A stretch of 51,543 nucleotides of DNA from Octopus bimaculoides (GCF_001194135.2 NC_068989.1:53940934-53992476); one strand, 5' to 3'. Shown: positions 23,793 through 35,715, numbered from the stretch's first letter. Numbers and translations: made by a program. Notes: a model not told the origin generated them from the letters alone.

Positions 23793-24171
23793 AAATTAAC
23801 GTCCTCTCTTTCTCCCCAAGTCACAGAAATCCCGAAAAGTGACATGAGTACTATGCCTTTCGTCTTATCGTTAAGTCATTCACAAATGTAACTCGGCTAA
23901 AGAAGATCTTTGATGTCACTTCAAAATCTGTGACAACACACCAGAATATTTAAGTGTTAGAAGAATTTGATGTAATATATTCTAGCGAGAGTATTGTAAA
24001 TAAATAGATATTGAGAGATTGTATCTAGATTTTTTTTTCTTTTGGCATAGTGATTGAAGAGATTTATCCTTTAACCTGGTCAACCGAACAGCCAGTAGTT
24101 TGCATTTCGTACCTGACTCAGTAATGCAGCAGCAAAGCACGAAAATTATGTGACACGTATTGACCAGAGGG

Positions 24172-24300
24172 AAAGCGACTGGCAGAATCGTTAGAGCGTC
24201 GGATTGTACGTCTCACGATATTTGTTTTCCCTTCTGAGATCATATCTTGCCGAAGTCTACCTTGCCCTTCATCCTTGCAGAGTCGAAAAAAGAAACAATT
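24172..24300 (+). mobile_element. SINE family A copy, diverged
   Basis: GCGACTGGCAGAATCGTTAGAGCGTCGG...GCCGAAGTCTACCTTGCCCTTCATCCTT...GTCGAAAAA. Confidence 0.75.
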
Positions 24301-24743
24301 CAGAATAGTGAATTGATGGAACTATGAAAATGCTGAACCGAATCCCTTGCTATATTTATTGCTCCTTCTTTAGGTTTTGATCAAAGTTGCACCCAGGTGC
24401 ATAAAATATGCAAGCTCTCTAATTTGAAAGACTCGTGTGGTGAGGAAGGATAAATCCTAAACAAGGGTGCCATCACCAAATAAATGGTGTTGGGATTCTT
24501 CTAGCTGGAGAAACATGTACGCTAACGATCGAATGAAGGTACAAGAATCAAGAGAGATAAGCAGAGAGTTGGGATACAGAAGGAGAATGGGGAAAGATAG
24601 AGAGACTACGGGATAAATTACACATGAGGGTTGACCTGACTTTAATAAATAAAGATAACAGCAATGATTCTCAGTACTTAGAACAGTCAACAAGACTTTG
24701 AATTATGAAAGCGCAAACTAATAAAACTCTCATCCCCCTGCGC

Positions 24744-25308
24744 ATGGCTATAAGTTTAGCTCTACCTATCCAGGCGGGGTCTATAAAATATGGGGTCACT
24801 CAGTACGTCTATCCAGAGCCTGGAGAGTGAAAATGGAGCCAGTAACTATTTGCCAAGCTCCCCTCTAAAAATAAAAATCCCACTGGTCACTTGAATTTTG
24901 GGGACCCTCTTCCTTTTAAAGATAAAAAATGTAGCTGAATCGATTGGGTTGTCAAACAGGGTTTCGTTATCCCATCAATAAATTACCTCAGTGTACAGAA
25001 TCAAGGTTCCTTGTTTCTGCCGATTCCATTCATCTGTCCGTAGAATATCAACATAACTGGATACAGGACCTCATATAGAAATTTTGAATGGCAAGTCAAA
25101 ACAGTGTTTAGACCCAAGAAAAACAGAGAGGGAGAGAGGAGAGAGAAAAGAGAGAGTTCCCCCAAAATTCAAGTGGTTTGTCCGATTTTTATTCTTAGGA
25201 ATTGGCCACGTGAATAGTTACAGGCTCCATTTTTCTCTCTCTACCTCCCGGAACCACCCCATATTTTATTGGTGCAACCTGGATAGATAGAGGAAGGCTT
25301 ACGTCCAT
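24744..25308. mobile_element. Unclassified non-autonomous element with long (about 165 bp) imperfect TIRs
   Basis: Left arm CTCTACCTATCCAGG..ATAAAATATGGGGT..GAAAATGGAGCCAGTAACTATT..AATAAAAATC..CACTTGAATTTTGGGG is mirrored on the right by CCCCAAAATTCAAGTG..GATTTTTATT..AATAGTTACAGGCTCCATTTT..ACCCCATATTTTAT..CCTGGATAGATAGAG. No TSD resolved. Confidence 0.75.
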
Positions 25309-25962
25309 AAGTATCGGGAAAACACTCTGAGAGAGATGAGAGATTTTTTTTTAAGTTTGTGTTTTCATCACTCAAAGTTTGATATGGATCTAAGTGGACA
25401 GGAGTCGTTGTTGCTGTTATCCTTATTTAAAATCAGGTCAACACTTTCACCACAAACTCAATAATAGGGTACTAAATTATTTAGTATGCCCTTCTATTTT
25501 TAAGACATCTAACTATTATTTCTTGTAGATTGAAGAATTACATTGAGATTCTTTGTTTAGTTCAAGGTTTTGAGATTTTCAGTTACAGTAATGGGTTACA
25601 CAAGTTATAGTACTTAAATGCAGATAGGTGAACTCATCTGTTTGCTAGTTAAGAAACTTTGTCAAGAACAAGGTGTTGCTAACACAGAATGAACCATAGG
25701 TGAGAGTCGAACTCACCCTACAATATATCGAATCAAATGTATGTCTGCATACGATCGTACATAGGTATATGTTATTTACAATCCTATGTACACACACCCA
25801 TACACACAAGCATATATTGTATTAGTGACGCCACTAGGATCGATGATATATATATATATATATATACATGCATACTCGCACACACACACATATATAAATA
25901 TATATACATACACGCGCACATACACACATATAAATAGGTATATATTTATGTATAGACATCGA

Positions 25963-26092
<130 letters not shown>

Positions 26093-26196
26093 CAATATAA
26101 TATAAAATAATATAATATAATATAATATGATATAATAATACTATTATTACCATAACTAAGAATAAATGTGTGTAGCCATCTGTGCAAGTATATTTT

Positions 26197-26249
<53 letters not shown>

Positions 26250-27649
26250 GCGCAGAAACACACATATACATACAAACATTCATGCGCATATACCCACACA
26301 ATATGCAGTTACCTCAGGGAAGTGTTCGTGTTTCATATACGTGATAAATTTGAAAATATCTTCTTAACTTAATTTATTAATGAAATCATTAAACAAAATC
26401 TATCTCTAAGAGTGATTAAATTTATCATAAAAAGCAAGGGAGATAACTCCAATAGTACCAATCACTTGAGGTTTTCCATTATTTATGTTTTATTTTTCAT
26501 TTGAAAATAAGATAATTGTGGTATACGTGAAAGTGGATAAGGAAGAACTTTTGCTTGAAAGACATTTCATCAGCGATTTAAGCAAACAGAGTAGAATATA
26601 GTTTGTTAAAGTGGATAAATAATCCATTAGCACAGACCGCAGGCACCTGTAAAAATAGAAAAGTAACTGTGGTATTATGATTCCATATTTTCTAAGACAA
26701 AATATTGTTCGACGTTTATAGCTTTGATAAGAGGGCCGTAGGTAAAATGAAATTATCTGAACTGAGTAGCGAGGTAATGGAATCGTAATGTAGATTCGGC
26801 CCACTGAGCACATGTGCCACCAAACACAAGGCTAAATTACACGCTACAACATGCTTTCGTCATATGTCCAAAGCCTTGGTATGCATGTATCTATCTGTAA
26901 ATATATATATATATATATATATACATATATACATATATACATATATACATGTCTATATATGCGGCGTAGGTACACTTTTGGTCTCCTGTATGTAAGTATA
27001 TATATCTAAATTCTGTACGACTCTTTTACTCTTTCCTTTAGCCCTCTTCACACTTCCTTCGTTCCTTCCACTTTTCTTTTTCTCGCTCCTACCCTCTCTC
27101 ACATTTCTTGGCCTTCCTTTCATTCTCATCAGTTTCCCTCCTCCTTTACCTCACTCTGTACCTTCCACGTGATAGGTGTTCGGCCAAGCCTGACCTTTCT
27201 TTCTTAGTTCGACTACCATCCGTGTAGCATCTCTTATATTCCTTCCCATGACTTTCATCCCTTATGTTCCTGCCGTAAGGCTTCACTTCTACACACGGCA
27301 GCTTAATTTAATTCGTCCTTAGTCGAAAGATAACTTTTGTTAATGTTCTGTTATTTGTATTTGTAATTGTGTACCATTTCTCCGTTTCTTTTTTCGTCCT
27401 TGTTTTCGTATACATTCGCTTGCTTTCTTCCAAAGAATCTAATGCTCTTAGCATAGATTTTCATGGAGCCGGCCAGATTAGAGCAATGTCGAGAGTAACC
27501 GGCCGAAACTACAAAGAAGATACGGTACTTGACTGAAGACTGAAAACTCCGAATGACCCGTCTTTGTTTTTTCCTGTCCTTTTTTGTATCGTGTAACTGT
27601 CCGAATGTTTTGTTGTCGCCTGTTACATTCTTGTTCCATTTTTTGTTTT

Positions 27650-27689
<40 letters not shown>

Positions 27690-27775
27690 NNNNNNNNNNN
27701 NNNNNNNNNNNNNNNNNNNNNNNNNNNNNNNNNNNNNNNNNNNNNNNNNNNNNNNNNNNNNNNNNNNNNNNNNNN

Positions 27776-27853
<78 letters not shown>

Positions 27854-28905
27854 GTTTATGAATTTGTGTTGCAAGATTCCTGGTATGAAGTCGTGTGTTG
27901 AAACAGATATTGTTGTACTTCGGGATGGAATAAGCCGAAGAAGAGCGCACACGAAAACAGAAAGTGTCGCTGATGATGTCACAGATGTGTGACGCAAGAT
28001 TTGCGGACAATGGGCATGAGTTAGAATAAGAACAGTAATAAATAACGAATATATAGTGCTTGTGTTTGTTTGACAAAACAAAGAAAAATGACCGTCCCGA
28101 AATACAACAATATATATATATATATATTTACATACATTACACGTAAAACCACCCGTCTCTCCTCTTTCTTGGCCAATTGTTTAAAATCAATGGTACTCTG
28201 AGATGAAGGCTAGGCTACGTCAGGATCAAAATCATGATGACATCTGGTACGCACGGCTGAAGAAGTGGTGTTTCAACATTTATGTTTTGTTCCTTTTCCT
28301 TGCAGTGTTTTTGTCAACGTAGCTTCAATAACAATTATTTATCAGTAAAATTACGCTGTGACACATCTACTTAACAAAATTTTACTTGTAAAACAATAAA
28401 TAATAATTCTGCCCACTACCAGTCTCCTTGGATTCTGTTTTTTCTCTGTTTCTTTAAGTGTGTATGTGTGTCTGCATATGAAAATGTTAGTTCGTGCGTG
28501 TGTGCATGTATAATGGGTGTATGTGTATGACTGCGTGCGTTAACTATAGCGTTTAAGACTTGCAATCAAGCATGTATGTTAGTGTTTACCAGCGACCCTG
28601 AAGTGCAGGCAGATTATAATATAATATATGGCGGAAGTAGTTCTGGTCCGTTACTCTGTATATTACAACCTATATATTAACGCTATTAATAACTATAGGA
28701 ACTAATACAGCGTACCTTATGAATAAATAAACACGTAGTGTTGTATTTCAATGTGCGTAGTCTGGCTACAAAATTAAAACCCAAGAGCATTCCAGCATTT
28801 TAAAATTTACCAATTGTTATGTAAGGGATTCGTTGTTATTTAAAAGCTCCTTAGAATCCACTCGTTTTCTTTCCTAAGATACCGCACGTAAAGAGTGGAA
28901 GACTA

Positions 28906-28906
<1 letters not shown>

Positions 28907-28984
<78 letters not shown>

Positions 28985-28987
28985 AGA

Positions 28988-29052
<65 letters not shown>

Positions 29053-29123
29053 TAATAATAATAATAACAATCCTTTCTATTAAAGTCACAAGGCCTGAAA
29101 TGTTGTAGGAGGGGACTCCCCCA

Positions 29124-29194
<71 letters not shown>

Positions 29195-29226
29195 TAATAA
29201 TAATAATTTTAATAATAATAATAATA
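28907..29226. repeat. (CA)n followed by (AAT)n tracts, with a family A tail fragment at about 29070-29123
   Basis: Directly visible. The fragment ATCCTTTCTATTAAAGTCACAAGGCCTGAAA resembles 29439-29470. Confidence 0.85.
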
Positions 29227-29326
29227 TTTGGAAGAGCATCACAGCAAACCACAGCACATACCCAAAGCACACAGGACTGCGCTCGGTAGTGAAGTGAAAG
29301 CACGTTATAAAAATAAAACTACTGAA
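29227..29326 (+). mobile_element. 5'-truncated LINE 3' end (R4/Dong-like by context) inside (AAT)n
   Basis: About 100 bp of complex sequence ending ...GCACGTTATAAAAATAAAACTACTGAA, flanked by (AAT)n on both sides. Clade assignment is from recall plus target context. Confidence 0.5.
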
Positions 29327-29327
29327 C

Positions 29328-29373
<46 letters not shown>

Positions 29374-29394
29374 GTAATAATTTATTTTATTAGC

Positions 29395-29655
29395 CACAAG
29401 GCATGAATGAGGAGGGACATGACAAAAACAAGAAAACAATTCCTTTTCTACTCTAGGCACTAGGCCCGGAAGTTTTGGGGAGGCGGCCAGTCGATTGCAT
29501 CGATCCCTGTACGCAACTGGTACTTATTTAATCGACCCCGAGAAGACGAAAGGCAAAGTCGACCTCGGCGGAATTTGAGATCAGTACGTAAAGACAGACG
29601 AAATACCGCTAAGCATTTCGCCTGACAAGCTAATGATTCTGTCAGCTCGCCGCCG
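29395..29655 (-). mobile_element. SINE family A copy, full length
   Basis: CAACTGGTACTTATTTAATCGACCCCGAG...AAAGGCAAAGTCGACCTCGGCGGAATTTGAG...GATTCTGTCAGCTCGCCGCC. Confidence 0.9.
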
Positions 29656-29728
29656 AAAATTTGTGTGGAGATTTACATAAAGGATAGGGAGAAAAAATGG
29701 AAAAGACAGTGAAATGTGATATAAGTAT

Positions 29729-30195
29729 AAGCGCAGGCGTGACTGTGTGGTAAGAAGCTTGCTTCCCAACCACATGGTTCCGGGTTCAGTCCTACTGCGT
29801 GGCACCTTGGTCAAGTGTCTTCTACTATAGCCAAGAGCCGACCAAGGCCTTGTGAGTGGATTTGGTAGACGGAAACTGGAAGAAGCCTGTCATATATATT
29901 TGTGGATGTATTTGTGTGTGTATATGTTTTTTTGTGTGTGTGTGTGTGTGTATGTCTTTGTGTGTGTGTGCCTGTCTGTCTGTTTCTGTGTCTGTGTTTT
30001 TCCCTCCGCCATTGCTTGACAACCGATGCTGGTGCGTTAGGGTCCACCGTAACTTAGCGGTTCGGCCTAAGAGACCGATAGGATAAGTAATAGGCTTACA
30101 AAGAATAAGTCCTGGGGTAGATTTCTTCGACTAAATCAGGTGCTCCAGCATGGCCGCAGTGAAATGAGTGAAACAAGTAAAAGAATAAAAGAATA
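29729..30195 (+). mobile_element. SINE family B copy, full length, with internal TG-rich microsatellite
   Basis: A-box-like TGACTGTGTGG, B box GGTTCAGTCC, CORE-like CCTTGGTCAAGTGTCTT, tail GGTGCTCCAGCATGGCCGCAG..GAAACAAGTAAAAGAATAAAAGAATA. Confidence 0.92.
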
Positions 30196-31105
30196 ATATA
30201 CAAAATATGTGACAACATAAATGAAACAATCGTCCTAATACAAGAGAAACCCCAGCTAGAGCCAGGCAAGGAATCCTACAGATCCAGGATTACCTTGACC
30301 ACTTAAAGGTCTGAGTCATCTCTCCTGATCTCCTATCTGCAAGCGCACATTTAGAGTAGGAGCATTCACTCAAACTATTTTGGCCAAAGTCACCCGTATA
30401 TTCACAAATTCACGGGGAGATAGCACTTCCCTCTCCACCTTCAATTTTCTTTCTTAGAGGAATTTTTAAAAAGTTATTGGAGCAGTGGATAAAACTCAAT
30501 ATACTTATGATGCACAACATAAGCAAGCTGTAAATTGTCTTACATTCTCTGTTTTGCACCCTTATATGAGTAGACGCTCAGTACAAGGACAGATATTAAT
30601 TAATAAATAAGTAACAAATGAACAGGGGCTACCTAACCATATTCATCAGCTTTACAGCTCTGTCAGATATATGGAAACGTACAATCTAGATTTCTTTGTG
30701 TCACTGGGACATTTTGTAGTCAAAAGCGTTGTTAGCTGATGAATTCCATATAGACACATTTGCATCAGTAGGTGATATCATGGTCAGTATAGGACCAGTT
30801 AGGGACGTTTAGATACCAGCGTTGTCCTGAATATACTGAGAGCAGTCAAAATTTCAAAAAATATCAAAGACCATCACCACATCTGTAATATCTGCCTATT
30901 TGAAAGTGTTCTCTTTAGAATCACCCGTTGATAATTAAATTCATAAAGTGCTATATTATCATGAGTAATAGGTACAGATATATAGTTAAGACGGGAATGC
31001 TGACAGAAATTCAATGAAGTAGAGAATAAAGTTAAAGTTCTATGCGGTAATATGTATGTATGTATGTATGTATGGTATGCGCGCATGCGTGTATGCGTGC
31101 GTACG

Positions 31106-31164
<59 letters not shown>

Positions 31165-32044
31165 GTGGGTATGTTTGTATGTATATCCTTCTTGAGAGAG
31201 TCCAAGCCAGTTGCTAACAAAGTAACAAAGAGGTGTTCGAGTTGGTGTGTTGGTTGAACTGTCGGTGCATACACCCATGCTTAGGCATCTATTCAAATAA
31301 GAATCTCAGAGAATTTTGGGAATATCTTATGTATATATGTATGTCTTTATGTATGTATGTATGTATGTATGTATGCATGTATGTATGTATGTATGTATGT
31401 ATGTATGTATGTATGCACGCATGTATACTCGCTCTTTTAACGCTAATATATCTTCATCAAATAAATCAAAGTGAATTACTTAGAAAACCTGTAATAAAAC
31501 TATGTTTATATATTATTGTACATTATTTTTTATAATATCAAATAAAACAAGTTAAATTTATTGTTATATGACTCGGGATTATTTTAGGATATATGATTTC
31601 TTCATTGCATTTCTTTGTATTTCTCTTTATTTATTTATTTATTTATCTATTCATTCCTCCGTTTATATCGTCAGCCGAAGAACTGAGCGATTACGTTTCT
31701 CTTAAAAACTGTTATCCATCAAAAGTACGATATACAGACCCTATCAACAATCATCGATATTTTTTGTGAAACTATCTCGCTTTGTTTTTCTATCTCCCCT
31801 TGCCATTTAATCCGAACTGACGATTCTTCCGAGGATGAAACCACTTTTATTTCAAAACTATTTGAATATTTTCTTTTGTTTTAATTAATTCACTGTGCTA
31901 TTTCACTGTGCTATTTCACTCTGCATTCAGCAGTTTTGAGGAGCCTCTCTCTACTGCACTTCGCTGTATCGAAGCCTATTTCTGTACTCTAATCCGCAGT
32001 ATTGAGTTCTCTCGCTCTGTGATGTATGAGTTATGTGTTTATTT

Positions 32045-32075
<31 letters not shown>

Positions 32076-32258
32076 CATGCGCAATACCTGCATCTGTCTG
32101 TCTATCTTTCTATTTATCCATACACACAGACATACACACACACAAATACTTGTATGTGTACATACGTGCGTACATGCATGTTTGTATGTCCTCGTTTAAT
32201 AGAAATGCCTTCTAAGCAAAAGCTGAATTCGTTAAATACATTTTTTGTATTTGCATAA

Positions 32259-32680
32259 CAACGAAAATACTTAAGAGCAGATAATGAAAAGCGAGCGTTG
32301 ATGTACATCCCTAACTCAAGTGCTGCACTAATATTGCAATGTTACACTAATCCAATTGACTCAAACATGCTATTGAACCGAATTCGTAAAATGACAGCTT
32401 TAGCTGCTCATTTATCACAGAAATGTAACGACGCAAGCAATATTGGTTGGTTATACAATTAAATATGTCACACAGCAGTGAACTCTGGCTCACGAATGGT
32501 CATTTTTGATATGAGACCACTATTTAGTCGTGTTTGCAAGGTATTCTTACAACAAGATTTACCATCCTCACTAGCATATATTCAGGAATACTCATTATTA
32601 TTTCGGAATTTTTCTGAAATGTCTCCAATACGCTTTATATACAAGCCTACTGACCCAATGAAACTGCGCTCTCCTTCTCT
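32259..32680 (+). pseudogene. Possible decayed gag region of the adjacent Ty3/Gypsy element
   Basis: One frame stays open for about 140 codons with a single stop (32460-32462). Segments PNSSAA, VIFDMRPLFSR and QQDLPSSLAYIQEYSLL loosely resemble invertebrate Gypsy gag. Same strand as, and upstream of, the pol relic. Confidence 0.3.
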
Positions 32681-32789
32681 TTCTCTGTCTCTCTTTCTCT
32701 CTGTATTTCTCTCTCTTCCTCTCTTTCATTCTCTCTGAAGTAGTTATTTTTTAAGTCTAGTATCTATCCTGTCATTTCTATTGTTGATA

Positions 32790-32970
32790 TTCTACGTTAC
32801 AGGTATGCAAACCAACCAACACCGTTTATCAAGCAGTGATAGGGGAACAAATAGGCACAAACGCACGCGCGCACACACACGCTCTCTCGCTGTCTCTCTC
32901 TCTCACACACACATATCTATATACATATAAATGTATATATGTATGTAAATATATTTATATATATATATTT

Positions 32971-33008
<38 letters not shown>

Positions 33009-33099
33009 TTACATATATATACCTATACTTATACACACACATAAATACAATCATACCTATATATATATATACGACGGGCTTCCACATAGTTTTCATCTG
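32790..33099 (-). mobile_element. SINE family B relic with expanded internal microsatellite
   Basis: TACGTTACAGG..AACCAACACCGTTTATCAAGCAGTGATAGGGGAACAAA at the left end and ACGACGGGCTTCC at the right end. Confidence 0.6.
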
Positions 33100-33104
33100 C
33101 TGGT

Positions 33105-34350
33105 GTTTATTACTTCAGAGTCAGTTGGTCAATTGTTTTCGTCCAAATGGCTTAATTTTGGCTCTTACAAATGGCGTTGCGTTTCTTCAACTAATTACAT
33201 ACAACCTTACTCATAAAACCAAATCTTAAATCACACGCGGTTATTTAGATGATGTCATGAAATTTGGTTAGACAAGAGGTGGGGTACATGACAGAATGTG
33301 ATCGAAATTGATTAGATTTGCTCATAAATCTAACGACACTGATTAGCAATAAATGTTAATTTTCATCTTCATCTATATGTTTTAGGTTATCAAATTTCAC
33401 ATAGAATCCTGACTCCTTACGTTTAACTCCACTTAAAGAAATGCCCTTATCTAGTAATGAACAAACCTTGTTTAATGTGGCAGTTCTATCTGCATGTTAC
33501 TCCTGAAGGATTGCCCACGTCTCTAAAAGTATAAGACCTCTAACCAACGTTTATTTTTCTATTTTAAAAGGCGGCTGAAACAGCGATCAACAACTAGAAT
33601 ACAACTATTAAGGTGACTGTCAAAGAATAAGTAAACGAACATATGCCATTTGTGATCGAAACGGACGTCTCTTGGGCAGCCGTCGGGCTATGCTCAAGTA
33701 AAATATTAGAACTACAGCATTCCTTTCTATCAAGTAAAAAAAAGTCATTGAGCGATAAGAGGAAGGGACTTATGCAGTAGATAGTTGAGGTCTTCAAAGT
33801 GTAACATCATTTCGTCTTAGACAAACGATTTACTTCTAGTAATAGATCGGTCAGTCGATAAATATCTATTCAGTAGTCGAAGAATATTGCCGTTTTCCAT
33901 TTGTGTTTTACTGGTCGCAACATTTTTCCATGCTTGACTATGCTATGTTTTGTTTTCTCTTTAACTGATTATGTCCACTTAGAAGGAGGAATCGCCTTCC
34001 TGTTTTCCGAATTGAAGTTTGTCTCGAATGAAAGCTACGTCCTAAGTAAGACTCCTACCTATAATAAATTACTGAGAACGGAGAGTAACATTCCTTCTGA
34101 AGACCATAAATCTCCCGATACCCAATGAAATCGCTTCTAACTGACGCTTTACGCTTGAGATGACTCGTACTGTATGTACCTAGAAACGCAACAACTTATG
34201 AACGTCTCCTAGCCTTTCCACGGCATACAGCTATATTGAACGAGCTTGTTGATCTGGCTTCCCTCAGTCGGAAAGGTTCTGTTGCGAAAATGCATCTACA
34301 ATAAGGACGAATATAAGAAGTTGAACGATTGGAATCAAATATCCAAAATA
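33105..34350 (+). mobile_element. Decayed, internally deleted Ty3/Gypsy LTR retrotransposon pol (RT, RNase H, integrase)
   Basis: Ordered motifs across frameshifts: GQLFSSKWLNFG/LTNGVAFLQ (about 33126-33190); GYLDDV (33239-33256); LGYQISH (33382-33402); PDSLRLTPLKEMP...IRPL; PFVIETD (33646-33666); TAFLS; IVEVFK...RFT; integrase VVEEYCRFPFVF (33873-33908); DYVHLEGG.AF..SELK; SKTPTYN; NATTYERLLAFPR (34185-34223); EVERLESN (about 34317). RT-RNaseH-INT order is the Ty3/Gypsy order. Confidence 0.88.
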
Positions 34351-34649
34351 CTTAGAAATAATTAAAAATAATTAGAAATAATTAGAAATTTACGGACGTC
34401 AGGATAAGGTTGCTTTAGATCGAGGTGTGATTGCTCGAATTCGAACTAAAAGTCTAAAAAAGCCTTTCGTTGTTTACTTTGACTTCTGATAAAGCAACTA
34501 AGCTGCAATCCTATCAAGCAAAATACCAACGTTGTTCTATTCTCATTTGAAAACACTCTGAAAGTTATAATTACACATAAAAAATTAGATATCGAAAGAT
34601 ATTGTCATTAATGATTTACTTATTCGGTGATTAGTTTGTCCTAATAATG

Positions 34650-34865
34650 ATTTTAAATTTTGGCACAAGACCAGCTAATTTGAGAGAAGGGGTAAATCGA
34701 TTACATCGACTTCAGTGCTGAACTGGTACCTATTTCATCGATCCCGAAAGGATAAAAGGGAAGGAAAACTTCGGCGGAATTTGAACTCATAAACTAAAGA
34801 CGGACGGATGAAAGGCCACTAAGCAATTTGCCCGGCGTTCTAACGATTCTGTCAGTTCGCCACCT
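34650..34865 (-). mobile_element. SINE family A copy, full length
   Basis: ATCGATTACATCGAC..AACTGGTACC..ATCGATCCCGAAAGGAT..CGGCGGAATTTGAACTCA..TAACGATTCTGTCAGTTCGCCACCTT. Confidence 0.88.
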
Positions 34866-34891
34866 TCATCTGTCCCAGTAATATTGTAATC

Positions 34892-35060
34892 TTTAACTTT
34901 TACTTGTTCCAACCATTGAACGACGGCCATACTGGGGTACCCGCCTTGACGGTTTCAGTCGAACAAAATCGACTCCAGTGCTTAAGTCTTGTACCTTATT
35001 CTATCTGCCACTTTTTCTGAACCAATAAGTTTTGAGTATTTTAGGAATAAAAACACCACA
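34892..35060 (-). mobile_element. SINE family B 3' half, diverged
   Basis: TTTTACTTGTTCCAACCATTG..CGGCCATACTGGGGTACCCGCCTTGA..AATCGACTCCAGT. Confidence 0.7.
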
Positions 35061-35673
35061 ATTTCACGTTATCTCAATAACAATAAAACTGATTTAATCA
35101 TCACGATCTACTACTGCTGTTATAACTACTCTGTAAACTGCGATAGCGAATATGTTTGTCCATGGACGTCAATACTGTGAAACTGCAAACTTAAATAATT
35201 TTCTCGTTAAAAATCAGTAGAAACTTTAAGTAAATTAAAGCGGCTTTGAACTGATTAAGCTTCATGGAGTATTTTTACTACATATTTCTATATAGACATA
35301 GAACATTTGGAAGAAACATTAATTCTTATATATACAGACTCTCTAAGTGATCTATAATCACAGACCATCGTCTTAGAGTTGTGCTACTATCATAACTAAT
35401 TACCCCCCGACTTTAATACAATCACCTCTATTTATGAGATCGTCGTGGCTGGAAAACTTTTCGATGATACGTTTGTCCGATCAGGTCAATTTGTTAAGGA
35501 AACGTGAATGAAAAAAACATCTACATATACAGTTTTTAGAAATAGTAGTTAAAACGCCCTCTGACAACATATCTGCTTCTTAACGAATGTTGATTTTCAC
35601 TTCCATACTTCCGCAGTATAAAATAAAGTACCAGCCTTTAAAAACAGTAATCGACCTATACTTTCAAAGGAAG

Positions 35674-35715
<42 letters not shown>

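Noticed and set aside
26490-26813. 107-aa minus-strand ORF
   Set aside because: Hydrophobic composition typical of AT-rich chance ORFs; no motif or splice pair.
31811-31860. CTGACGA...GAAAC hammerhead-like spacing
   Set aside because: Stem II closing pair is mismatched and there is no UH site with stem I.
34098-34190. CTGAAGA and GAAACG words suggesting a Penelope or hammerhead motif
   Set aside because: Better explained as part of the Gypsy integrase coding relic.
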